A stretch of 32,000 bases of DNA from Candidatus Electronema halotolerans (lineage in GTDB: Bacteria; Desulfobacterota; Desulfobulbia; Desulfobulbales; Desulfobulbaceae): positions 3,000,001 to 3,032,000 of the forward strand of contig OW818675.1 of assembly GCA_942493095.1 (NCBI GenBank), written 5' to 3'. Numbering within the stretch: the first letter of the stretch is position 1; the number at the start of each line of letters is the position of its first letter. A program made the translations under genes and the position numbers. Shown piece by piece: positions 9,088 through 18,012 of this stretch. Below the pieces are notes generated by a model. The model saw only the letters and a program-made list of their open reading frames with translations, searched no databases and was not told where the DNA came from.

Positions 9088-12012
9088 TCACGGCAGCACA
9101 ACCACTGGGAAGTCCGGCACGCCCTTGGGGATGACCACTGCCGGAGTCTGTTTGCCGTCGGTCAGGGTCTTGACCCGGTTAGCGATGTAGGTTCTGATCT
9201 CTGCTACGCTGATGGCGTGGTCTTTATCGTTGTAATCCGCATTGCCGCGCAGGGCCTCAAGCAGAGCCAAGGTAAAGGCTCCGTGCCCCCACTCGTCCCG
9301 CTCCTGCGCTGTCTGGTGGCCGGTGGTGGCGGAGAGGACGATCACCCCGTTCTCCGCCGCGCTCAGGTCGTTGATGATCTTGGTCATATCCACCTTGTCA
9401 TCGCCGCGCAGCCCGGCTGCCCTGCCGGAATAGCAGGTATCAACAAAGAACAGAGCCTTGCCGTGCAGCCGGGACACAGCATTGCTGATGGCCGTGCAGG
9501 ACACGCCGCTTCTGGTGTAATGCCAAGGCTTGAAGTCCTTGGGCAGGAAATAGTAGTCATCGTGCGCGTCGAGCTTGCCATGCCCGGCGAGAAAGACCAT
9601 TGCCACGTCGTTGTTTGTGGTCTGCTGCTCAATCCACTCCAGCCCTTCCAGCACTGCGTCCTGATCCGCCTGCTCATTGGTCAGCACACGGTGCTTGACC
9701 TCGCGGTAGAGCTTGCGCTCACCCGGCCCGGCCTGCTCCATCATCAGGGTGGCAAAGTCCCGCGCATCGTCAGCCGCATGCTTGAGATACTTCCTGCCCT
9801 TGTCATCCAAGTTGATCTCCGGCGCGTCATAGGCATCCACGCCCACGGCCAGCAGGTAGAGCACCGGCTTGAGCGCATCTTTGCTGCCCTGCCAGTGCAG
9901 ATTGATGACAGCGGGCGGCGACATGGCACTCTCCGTATTCTCGGCCAGCAGGCTGAGTTTCATGTCCTTGGCAGGCAGGGTCACATCCACGCTGCCTTCC
10001 CATTCCGCCGCGCTGCGCCGCTCCACCTTGGAACGCTGAAGGAACCCGCTTCCCGACCGCACCTGAAGGGCGACGACCGGCGGGCCGTTGTCATGGATGC
10101 GCACCCGGTAGCGCAGAGTCAGGGTCGGGCTGCTGAAGCTGCTGCCGTCTGCCGGTGAGAGCAGATCGATGGCGGGCGGCAGGAGTGACCTGACCGAGAG
10201 TTCACGCAGGCGGCCTGTCCGTCCCAAGGCCGCATCCGCCTGAGCCACGGCCTTGCTCTCGTCCAGGGTCTCCAGCACGGCAGCGACCACATCCGGGCGG
10301 TAGAAACGCTCGCGGAACTGGCTGGCCGGGAAGAAGTCGGCCAGCCGGTCTTTGCCGTTGTTGACCTGCCAGCCGATCAGACTGTCCCCGCCCGGACTGC
10401 TGTCATACCAGCCGCCCGGTGTCCAGGCTATCCACTGGCTTGCGTCCTTGGTGACAAAGAGGGAAAGCAGCGGCTCGCCGTCCGTGAGGCGGAACCAGCG
10501 GATGGTGCCGTCCGCAAAGGCAGCGACGGCCAGCCTGCCGTCCTTGCTGATGTTCACGCCCCAGGCTTCACCCAGCACCGGCTGCCGCCAGCGTTCCTTG
10601 CCTTGGCGGTCAAAGCAGCGCAGCGACCATTGTGCTCCAACAAGGAAACGCTGGCTAGCCGGGGCAATGGCAAGGCTGAGTGAGGTTTCACCATCTTCCA
10701 AGGCCAGCAACTGGCCGTTGAGCGTCGGGTTGTCCTTATCCTCCCAGTTCTCAATCTTCAGGCCCTCCGCCGCAGTGATCGGGGCAGTCAGGCTGCCCTC
10801 GCATTGTCCCTTGCGCAACTGCCGCTGACTGAGATCAAAGCAGACCGGTTCCTTGCCGCCAGAGCTTAAGCCCAAGCCGACTTGGCTGCCGTCCATGCTG
10901 ACCTGGAAGTTGTCACTGAGCTTGTTGCGCATATCCGGGAGATCAGGCCGGAGGGCATCAAAGAGCTTCCGGCCTTGCCTGTCATAGCCGAGCAGGGCCG
11001 GATCGCCAGTGCCGACCAGCAGGCTGCCATCGGGCAGGGGCTTGAGGTCCATCACTGTATTATCGGCTGCCTGCCAGCTCTCACGTTGACCTCGGCCCTT
11101 GGCTGCCCAGCGCAGGACAGGGTTGTTGCCGCTGCCGTCATCATACTTTCCCCCGGCAAAGAGGAAGCTGCCGTCCGCAGACCAAGCCACGTTGCCAAGA
11201 TTGCCGTTGTTGATGCCGCTCGTGTCCACAGCATAGAGCTGGTTCAGCTTGTTTGCATCCAGCACACTGACTGCGGTGCTGTCGTTAAAGCCGAGCGCAA
11301 GCCGGTCGCCTGTAGGATGAAAGGCGATGCTGAAGGGTTCCTTGCCGCCTTGAGCAGCGGCCTGCTTGTCTTTGCGGAAGCTCTTGCCGTCCACGCGATA
11401 GAGGCGGAGCTGGCCGTCATAGCAGGTGCTGACTAAGCTGCGGCTGTCCGGGCTGAAGGCGCAGCCGTAGCTGGCCGTGCCGTAGTCGCGGTCGGTAAAG
11501 GCGAGGCGGAAGCTGTCGCGTACATCATAGATACGTAGCCCTGCTCGCCCGATCATGGCTGCAAGCCATCGCCCGTCCGGGGACACAGAGAGATGGCTGA
11601 TAGCATCCCCCAGCCCCTCGATGCGCTGCCGCATCCGGCCGCTGGCCCGGTCAAGGATGTAGATGGAAACGCTCTTATCCCATTCATAGCCTGTCCAGCC
11701 TCCCGCTGCCAGCCACTCGCCTGCCGGGTCCATCGCCACGGCATAGAGCTTGCCCTCATCGCCCGCGCCGCCGGGCAGGCGGAAGGTGCGCAGCAGGCCG
11801 GGGTGCTCGGCATCCTCTATATCCCAGAGGCGCAGGGTCTTGTCCTCTGAGGCTGTGGCAAGCCAGCGGCCTTGGGCATCCGCAGCAATCCGAGTGAGCA
11901 TGGCGGTGTGGAAGCCGGTTTCTATGCGCAGCATGGGCGCGGTCGGCGGTTCAGCGGCCAGGGCGGTTGCCGCTGCCAGCAGCAGGGCAAGGAGGAAGGC
12001 AAGGTGTTTCAT
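9088..12012 (-). CDS. secreted WD40-repeat protein with C-terminal caspase-like (peptidase C14) domain
   Basis: 974 aa. N-terminal signal peptide MKHLAFLLALLLAAATALAAE; WD40 motifs (GRWLATASEDKTLRLWDIED, GRLAVAAFADGTIRWFRL); C14 His motif VFLAGHGKLD and Cys motif ALFFVDTCYSGRAAG. Confidence 0.9.
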   Translation of the reverse strand: MKHLAFLLALLLAAATALAAEPPTAPMLRIETGFHTAMLTRIAADAQGRWLATASEDKTLRLWDIEDAEHPGLLRTFRLPGGAGDEGKLYAVAMDPAGEWLAAGGWTGYEWDKSVSIYILDRASGRMRQRIEGLGDAISHLSVSPDGRWLAAMIGRAGLRIYDVRDSFRLAFTDRDYGTASYGCAFSPDSRSLVSTCYDGQLRLYRVDGKSFRKDKQAAAQGGKEPFSIAFHPTGDRLALGFNDSTAVSVLDANKLNQLYAVDTSGINNGNLGNVAWSADGSFLFAGGKYDDGSGNNPVLRWAAKGRGQRESWQAADNTVMDLKPLPDGSLLVGTGDPALLGYDRQGRKLFDALRPDLPDMRNKLSDNFQVSMDGSQVGLGLSSGGKEPVCFDLSQRQLRKGQCEGSLTAPITAAEGLKIENWEDKDNPTLNGQLLALEDGETSLSLAIAPASQRFLVGAQWSLRCFDRQGKERWRQPVLGEAWGVNISKDGRLAVAAFADGTIRWFRLTDGEPLLSLFVTKDASQWIAWTPGGWYDSSPGGDSLIGWQVNNGKDRLADFFPASQFRERFYRPDVVAAVLETLDESKAVAQADAALGRTGRLRELSVRSLLPPAIDLLSPADGSSFSSPTLTLRYRVRIHDNGPPVVALQVRSGSGFLQRSKVERRSAAEWEGSVDVTLPAKDMKLSLLAENTESAMSPPAVINLHWQGSKDALKPVLYLLAVGVDAYDAPEINLDDKGRKYLKHAADDARDFATLMMEQAGPGERKLYREVKHRVLTNEQADQDAVLEGLEWIEQQTTNNDVAMVFLAGHGKLDAHDDYYFLPKDFKPWHYTRSGVSCTAISNAVSRLHGKALFFVDTCYSGRAAGLRGDDKVDMTKIINDLSAAENGVIVLSATTGHQTAQERDEWGHGAFTLALLEALRGNADYNDKDHAISVAEIRTYIANRVKTLTDGKQTPAVVIPKGVPDFPVVVLP

Positions 12013-12044
12013 GGTATGTTCTCCTGTATCTCATTGCGGCCAAA

Positions 12045-12152
12045 GGGAGTAGGGGTAATTCATGAATTACCCCTACGGCATTTCCCTGCTTGGTGTCTGC
12101 ACCAAGAAAGCGTTCGTGGAGACACCAAACACCGGGGCTGCCCCCTACTCCC
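12045..12152. repeat. 108-bp structured repeat bounded by 11-bp perfect inverted repeats
   Basis: GGGAGTAGGGG (12045-12055) / CCCCTACTCCC (12142-12152). Contains the perfect 28-bp palindrome GTAGGGGTAATTCATGAATTACCCCTAC (12049-12076) and alternative stems CTTGGTG/CACCAAG and TTGGTGTC/GACACCAA. Confidence 0.8.
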
Positions 12153-13734
12153 GCGCATCCTTCATCAGCTTGTAGTTGACCGCATCTTCCAACGCCTGCC
12201 AGCTCGCCTCAATGATGTTGATGGACACGCCCACTGTGCCCCACTGACTGGCCGCGTCCCGACTCTCGATCAAGACCCGCACCTTGGCTCCGGTGCCGTG
12301 CTCGCCGGACAGCACCCGCACCTTGTAATCCATCAGCTCCATCTCCTCCAAGCGGGGATAAAAACGGAGCAATGCCTTGCGCATGGCTTTGTCCAAAGCG
12401 TTGACCGGACCGTCACCGAGCGAGGCAGTATGCTCCTCAGAACCGTTCACGGTCAGACGGACTGTGGCCTCGGTCAGGGAATCTGTGTCCGTCAGCCGCC
12501 GACTGTTCATCACCCGGAAGCTCTCCAGCTTGAAGAACTGCTGCTCAATGCCCATCGCCCGCCGCATGAGCAGTTCAAAGCTGGCCTCGGCACCTTCATA
12601 CTGAAAGCCCTGATTTTCCAGCTCCTTCAACTCCTGCACGATCTTGGTCATGGCCGGGTCGTCGGCCTTGAGGTTGAGACCGTACTTGACCGCCTTGTGC
12701 ATAACATTGGATTTTCCGGCCTGATCCGAGATCAGGATGCGGCGGATATTACCGACCTTTTCCGGCTCAATATGCTCATAGGTCAGGGGATTGCGCTGCA
12801 CCGCGCTGACATGAATCCCGCCCTTATGGGCAAAAGCGGATTCTCCCACATAGGGCTGATAGCGGTTGTGCGGCAGATTGGCTAATTCGTTGACAAAGCG
12901 CGAGGTGAAATAAAGCTGGTCAATGTTCTTGCCGACCTCGGCTTCCAAGCCCATTTTGCAGATTACTGCCGGGATAATTGAGGTCAGATTGCCGTTGCCG
13001 CAGCGTTCGCCGTAGCCGTTGATGGTGCCCTGAACCTGCTGCACGCCGAGCGACACGCCGAGCAGGGCGTTGGCCACAGCAGTTTCCGAGTCGTTGTGTG
13101 GGTGGATGCCAATTTTGACCGTGCTGCCCAGCTCGCGCAGGAACTGCTGCACCCGCTCGATGATCGCCGGAATCTCGTGCGGCAGGGTGCCGCCGTTGGT
13201 GTCGCAGAGGGCCAAGGTCTCGGCCCCACCCTTTACCGCCTGGGCCAACGTTGCCAGACAGTATTCCCGGTTGTTCTTAAAGCCGTCAAAGAAATGCTCG
13301 GCATCGTAGATCAGGTGCCGGACATGAGGCCGCAGATAGGCGAGCGAATCCTCGATGATTTGCAGGTTGTCCTCCAACTGGATACGCAGGGCATCGTGGA
13401 CATGAATATCCCAGCTCTTGCCGAAGATGGTGATAGCCGGGGTTTCAGCGGCGAGCAAGGCGGCCAAGTTCGGGTCTTTGTCCGGCGGGTTCTGGAAATG
13501 CCGGGTTGAGCCAAAGGCGGACAGCTTGGCGTGTTGCAATTCCACGCTCTTCATCTTCTCAAAATACTCCACTGCCAGCGGGTTGGAGCCGGGCCAGCCG
13601 CCTTCGATGAAGTCAATGCCGAGCTTGTCCAACTGCTTGGTGATACGGATTTTGTCGTCAACAGAGAGATTGAAGTTCTCGGCCTGAGTGCCGTCCCGCA
13701 GGGTGGTGTCGTAAAATTCAATAAGCTGGGTCAT
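12145..13734 (-). CDS. cimA: (R)-citramalate synthase / 2-isopropylmalate synthase family
   Basis: Starts MTQLIEFYDTTLRDGTQAENFNLSVDDK; LCDTNGGTLPHE, IGIHPHNDSETAVANAL, GYGERCGNGNL, C-terminal LeuA regulatory domain. ORF extends to 13800, but Met 13734 fits conserved N-termini. Confidence 0.93.
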   Translation of the reverse strand: MTQLIEFYDTTLRDGTQAENFNLSVDDKIRITKQLDKLGIDFIEGGWPGSNPLAVEYFEKMKSVELQHAKLSAFGSTRHFQNPPDKDPNLAALLAAETPAITIFGKSWDIHVHDALRIQLEDNLQIIEDSLAYLRPHVRHLIYDAEHFFDGFKNNREYCLATLAQAVKGGAETLALCDTNGGTLPHEIPAIIERVQQFLRELGSTVKIGIHPHNDSETAVANALLGVSLGVQQVQGTINGYGERCGNGNLTSIIPAVICKMGLEAEVGKNIDQLYFTSRFVNELANLPHNRYQPYVGESAFAHKGGIHVSAVQRNPLTYEHIEPEKVGNIRRILISDQAGKSNVMHKAVKYGLNLKADDPAMTKIVQELKELENQGFQYEGAEASFELLMRRAMGIEQQFFKLESFRVMNSRRLTDTDSLTEATVRLTVNGSEEHTASLGDGPVNALDKAMRKALLRFYPRLEEMELMDYKVRVLSGEHGTGAKVRVLIESRDAASQWGTVGVSINIIEASWQALEDAVNYKLMKDARE

Positions 13735-14016
13735 GGTCTTGTTCCTTTGCTTTTGGCAGCAGGATGAGTTTTTCGCGTTGTTTTTTGGCCGTAAAATCAT
13801 ACAATGAATAAGCCGGGCTGCGCAATCAGTTTCAATGCGGGCCGGGCGGCCCGCCTTGGCGGTCAGGCAGAAAATCCTTGCTCAACCTGAAGCAGTTGCT
13901 GTTGAGAAATCTGTTCTTTTTTGTTAGGTTGAAGCCAAGCGAGGAGGACGGCGGCTGTCCGCTGGTCAGAAAGACCGGCAGCAGTGATTTTTCTCTAAAC
14001 CTGTGAGGAGGTTTGC

Positions 14017-15804
14017 ATGAAGGTTTTAGTCATCGGTTCCGGCGGCAGGGAGCACGCGCTGGTGTGGAAATTGAGCCAGTCGGAGCGGGTGAAATCCATC
14101 ATTTGCGCTCCTGGCAACGCTGGCATTCGGAAATTAGCCAACTGCGTCAAGATTGCGGCGGATGATGTGGACGCGCTGCTTGAGTATGCCCTGAAGGAAA
14201 ATATCGATATGACCGTGGTCGGCCCGGAAAGCGCGCTGGCCAAGGGCATTGCTGACCGCTTTCAGGAAAAGGGCCTGCGCATCTTCGGCCCCACAGCGGC
14301 AGCGGCGGAACTGGAGAGCAGCAAGGTCTTCTGCAAGGACTTTCTCCGCAAATATGACATTCCCACTGCCGATTACGAGACTTTTGACCGGCCAGAGTCA
14401 GCCAAACGCTTCATCGACAAGATCGGCGCGCCCTGCGTGATCAAGGCGGACGGTCTGGCCGCAGGCAAGGGGGTGCTGGTCTGCCAGACCAGAAGCGAGG
14501 CCAAGCAGGCTGTTGATCTGATCATGAATGAAGGGGCCTTTGGCGATGCAGGCGGCAAAATTGTGGTGGAGGAATTTCTCTCTGGCGAGGAAGTGTCGTT
14601 CATTGCCTTTGTTGACGGCGAAAATGTCCTGCCCCTGCCGTCCTCCCAGGATCACAAGGCGATTTTTGAAGGCGACCGGGGGCCGAACACCGGCGGCATG
14701 GGTGCGTACTCGCCTGCGCCGGTCTTGGATGAGTCCATGACCATGCGGGTCATGCACGAGGTCATGCTGCCGACCGTGCGGGGCATGGCAGCCGAGGGCC
14801 GTCCCTACAAGGGCATGCTCTATGCCGGTCTGATGATCGATGAGGACGACAGGATCAATGTCTTGGAATTCAACTGCCGCTTCGGTGATCCTGAATGCCA
14901 GCCCCTGCTCATGCGTTTGCAGACGGATTTGGTTGATGTTTTTGAGCGGGCGATTGACGGCTCCCTTGACGATATCGATCTGGCCATTGACCCGCGCCCG
15001 GCAGTCTGCGTGGTCATGGCCTCAGAGGGTTATCCAAGTGCCTGCAAGACCGGCAGACCGATCACTGGCTTGGTCAATGCCTCGAAATTAAAAGACGTGA
15101 TGATCTTTCACGCTGGCACCACGGTTGAGAATCAGACCACCCTGACTGCGGGCGGCAGAGTCTTGGGCGTGACCGCAATGGATGCCTCGATTGCCAAGGC
15201 CATTGAGCGGGCCTACAAGGCGGTTGATAAAATCAAATGGAAAGGCAGCTATTTCCGCCGCGACATCGGCTACCGCGCCCTGCGCCGTCTGCAAAAGAAC
15301 AGCGGCCCGGCAGTGGGCATTGTCATGGGTTCAGATTCTGATCTGCCGGTGATGCAGGCGGCAGCAGACTTTCTCAGCAGCATCGGCATCAAGCATGAGG
15401 TCACTATCTCCTCGGCCCACCGCACCCCGGAGCAAACTGCTGAATACGCCCGCACAGCGGCCCGGCGCGGCCTCAAGGTCATCATTGCCGGGGCAGGCAT
15501 GTCCGCTCATTTAGCTGGGGTGATTGCCGCGCACACTGTCTTGCCGGTGATCGGGGTGCCAATTGATGCCTCGCCCCTCAACGGCTTGGATGCCCTGCTC
15601 TCGACCGTGCAGATGCCGCCCGGCATTCCAGTGGCGACAATGGGGATTGGCAAGTCCGGGGCCAAGAACGCGGCAGTTTTAGCGGCCCGGATTCTGGCGG
15701 TGCATGATCAGGATATTACTGAAGCCCTGCGCCAGTTCAGCCAGGAAATGGAGGAGCAGGTGGTGGCCAAGAATCAGGCCCTCCAGCAAAACAAGGGCCA
15801 GTGA
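14017..15804 (+). CDS. purD-purE: fused phosphoribosylamine--glycine ligase (PurD) and N5-CAIR mutase (PurE)
   Basis: One 595-aa ORF. N-terminal PurD (MKVLVIGSGGREHALVWKL...YFRRDIGYRAL) runs without a stop into PurE (VGIVMGSDSDLPVMQAAADFL...SAHRTPE...GAGMSAHLAGVIAAHT). Confidence 0.93.
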   Translation: MKVLVIGSGGREHALVWKLSQSERVKSIICAPGNAGIRKLANCVKIAADDVDALLEYALKENIDMTVVGPESALAKGIADRFQEKGLRIFGPTAAAAELESSKVFCKDFLRKYDIPTADYETFDRPESAKRFIDKIGAPCVIKADGLAAGKGVLVCQTRSEAKQAVDLIMNEGAFGDAGGKIVVEEFLSGEEVSFIAFVDGENVLPLPSSQDHKAIFEGDRGPNTGGMGAYSPAPVLDESMTMRVMHEVMLPTVRGMAAEGRPYKGMLYAGLMIDEDDRINVLEFNCRFGDPECQPLLMRLQTDLVDVFERAIDGSLDDIDLAIDPRPAVCVVMASEGYPSACKTGRPITGLVNASKLKDVMIFHAGTTVENQTTLTAGGRVLGVTAMDASIAKAIERAYKAVDKIKWKGSYFRRDIGYRALRRLQKNSGPAVGIVMGSDSDLPVMQAAADFLSSIGIKHEVTISSAHRTPEQTAEYARTAARRGLKVIIAGAGMSAHLAGVIAAHTVLPVIGVPIDASPLNGLDALLSTVQMPPGIPVATMGIGKSGAKNAAVLAARILAVHDQDITEALRQFSQEMEEQVVAKNQALQQNKGQ

Positions 15805-16415
15805 TTCTGCCCCCTTCTGAAGCTGCTCTGCTGGAGGCGGCAAAATGCCTCCGGCAGGGCGGTCTGCTTGCCTTTCCCACAGAAACCTCTTACGGCCTTG
15901 GCGTTGATCCTTTCAACAGCACGGCCTTGCAGCGGCTTTTCGCGGTCAAGCAGCGGCCTGCGGCCAAACCGGTGCTGGTCTTGGTTGAAAATCAGACCCA
16001 AGTGCCGCTCTTGGCCGCGCAGGTGCCAGATGCCCTGCAAGAGCTGATGAACCGCTTCTGGCCCGGCCCGCTGACCGTGGTCTGTCCGGCCCGGTCTGAT
16101 CTGCCGGACTTGCTCACCGGCGGCAGCGGCACAGTCGGCATCCGTCAATCGCCCGAACCAACTGCGGCCCGCTTGCTGGCAGCCTTTGGCGGGCCGATCA
16201 CCGCCACCAGCGCCAATTGCTCCGGTCAACCAGCAGCAGTGACAGCGGCTGACGTGAAAACAATTTTTTCCAGTCAGATCGACCTGATCATTGATGGCGG
16301 CAGAACGCCGGGCGGGCTAGGCTCCACTCTGATCGGCTGCGATGAGCAGGGGCGGCTGCGTTACCTGCGGGAGGGCAAAATTCCTTGGTCCGCAGCGACA
16401 GAAGCTGTTGCCTGA
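15801..16415 (+). CDS. tsaC: L-threonylcarbamoyladenylate synthase (Sua5/YciO/YrdC family)
   Basis: GGLLAFPTETSYGLG, KQRPAAKPVLVLVEN, FWPGPLTVVCPAR, ITATSANCSGQPA. GTG start overlaps the purD-purE stop. Confidence 0.93.
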   Translation: MILPPSEAALLEAAKCLRQGGLLAFPTETSYGLGVDPFNSTALQRLFAVKQRPAAKPVLVLVENQTQVPLLAAQVPDALQELMNRFWPGPLTVVCPARSDLPDLLTGGSGTVGIRQSPEPTAARLLAAFGGPITATSANCSGQPAAVTAADVKTIFSSQIDLIIDGGRTPGGLGSTLIGCDEQGRLRYLREGKIPWSAATEAVA

Positions 16416-16708
16416 AAATATTTTCCTTGGCAAGCAGAAAAAAACTTGCAATTATTCCCAAGAGCAACATACAATATGTGTATGTTATGCAGTCACTCTT
16501 GTACAAATTGACAGAATCAACCGCACGAACATCTAAAAATGAGAGGGTATTTTTGTTTGAGCGGAGAGCGGCGGCCTGTCAGCATTGAATAATTTCTGTT
16601 AGGTAAACCCCCGGCTCTGCCGGGGGACTAAAACAGTTTGACATTTCCTGAATAATACAGAAGTCTCCGTTCTCGTGGACCGCTCAAAGTCGCGAGAAGG
16701 AGACTTCA

Positions 16709-17140
16709 ATGAACAACATAGCCAGTTTAAGTCACTCGAAATGGGAATGCAAGTACCATGTGGTCTGGATTCCGAAATACCGGAGAAAATCTCTCTATTT
16801 GCAGCTCAGAAGACACCTCGGTGAGGTTTTTCATGATCTTGCCCGTCAAAAAGAGAGCAAGATTCTGGAAGGTCATCTTCAGCCTGATCATGTCCATATG
16901 CTGATCGCAATCCCTCCGAAATATGCCGTCGCGCCAGTGATCAGCTACATGAAGGGAAAGAGCGCCATTCACATCGCCCGTGTTTACCTCGGACAAAGGA
17001 GAAACTACGGAGGCATGAGTTTCCAGGCACGAGGTTATTTTGTTTCAACTGTCGGAGTTGATGAACAAGTTGTCCGAAACTACATCCGCGAGCAGAAACG
17101 AGAGGACAAGCGTATCAAGCAGTTGTCGTTATTCCGATAG
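16709..17140 (+). CDS. tnpA: IS200/IS605-family transposase TnpA (Y1 HUH)
   Basis: 143 aa: KYHVVWIPKYRRK, HLQPDHVHMLIAIPPK (HUH), YFVSTVGVDEQVVRNYIREQ (catalytic Tyr region). Confidence 0.95.
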   Translation: MNNIASLSHSKWECKYHVVWIPKYRRKSLYLQLRRHLGEVFHDLARQKESKILEGHLQPDHVHMLIAIPPKYAVAPVISYMKGKSAIHIARVYLGQRRNYGGMSFQARGYFVSTVGVDEQVVRNYIREQKREDKRIKQLSLFR

Positions 17141-17141
17141 G

Positions 17142-17160
17142 AGACTGCCGAATGGCAGTC
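17142..17160 (+). terminator. short hairpin after tnpA
   Basis: GACTGCC-GAA-TGGCAGTC inverted repeat just after the tnpA stop; no strong T tract. Confidence 0.4.
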
Positions 17161-17280
17161 AGTAAATCTTTTTAACATGCCGCTTTGAGCGGCCCACAAA
17201 CTAAAGCCACCGGTTTTACCGGTGGATACTTACTCAAGCAGCGCGAAAATTGCACCGCGAACAGCAAGGAGGAGTAGAAA

Positions 17281-17484
17281 ATGGCAGAAGGCACAGTGAA
17301 GTGGTTCAATGAGAGTAGGGGAATAGGTTATATTACGCCAGACGATGGCAGTAGAGATGTTTTTGTTCATTCCAGCGCAATCCAAACCGAAGGATTGAAA
17401 ACACTGCGGGAAGGACAGCGGGTGGATTTTAAGCAGTCTGATGGCCCCAAAGGGCCAACCGCAGATAACGTGTTCGTGCTGTAA
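17281..17484 (+). CDS. cold shock domain protein (CspA-like), copy 1, divergent RNP1
   Basis: [38 protein letters not shown]; RBS AAGGAGG upstream. Confidence 0.93.
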   Translation: MAEGTVKWFNESRGIGYITPDDGSRDVFVHSSAIQTEGLKTLREGQRVDFKQSDGPKGPTADNVFVL

Positions 17485-17493
17485 AAAAATACA

Positions 17494-17760
17494 TTGGTGC
17501 TGGTCGCGGTGAATTGTCCGCCAGCAGCCTTTGGCAGGCCTGTCACCGCCACCAGTGCCAATTGCTCCGGTCAGCCAGCAGCAGTGACAGCGGCAGAAGT
17601 GCAAGAAATTTTCGGCAGTCAGATCGACCTGATCCTTGACGGCGGCATAACACCGGGCGGCCTGAGTTCCACCCTGATCGGCTGCGACGAGCACGGGCGG
17701 CTGCGCTGCCTGCGCAAGGGCAGAATTCCTTGGCCGACAGAGGCACCTGTCCCTCTCTGA
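17494..17760 (+). pseudogene. partial duplicate of the tsaC 3' end
   Basis: FGRPVTATSANCSGQPAAVTAAEVQEIFGSQIDLILDGGITPGGLSSTLIGCDEHGRLR matches the TsaC C-terminus (16181-16415) at DNA and protein level. N-terminal catalytic region absent. Confidence 0.88.
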
Positions 17761-18012
17761 AAATATTTTTTCAGGTCAGCAGAAAAAACTTGCGCGGCGG
17801 CCAAGATCAGCATACTATAGAGTCATGTTGTGCAGTCACTCTTTCAGCTTGCGAATTACAGAATCAGCCGCACAGACCTCCAACATTGAGGGTGCGGTTT
17901 TTTTTGTTTGGGCGGAGAGCGGCTGCCTGTCGGCAGTTTTTCTTTTTCTGTCGGCATTGAATGATTCAAGCAGTGCGGCAATTGCGCTGCGAACAGCAAG
18001 GAGCAGTTGGAA

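Larger units (their letters stand above)
16595..17234 (+). mobile_element. IS200/IS605-family element (tnpA-only)
   Basis: tnpA flanked by subterminal hairpins CCCCCGGC-TCT-GCCGGGGG and CCACCGG-TTTT-ACCGGTGG. Boundaries (+/- a few bases) inferred from the uninterrupted paralogous sequence GAATGATTCAAGCAG near 17960-17973. Confidence 0.82.

Noticed and set aside
8545-10158. 537-aa plus-strand ORF containing YAPAHTPPYAEAHTPPY repeats
   Set aside because: Spans the end of the TPR gene, the 24-bp hairpin array and antisense caspase sequence. The peptide repeat is only a by-product of the DNA repeat.
10882-12885. Plus-strand ORFs 10882..11436 and 11872..12885
   Set aside because: Antisense to the WD40-caspase and cimA genes and lacking conserved motifs.
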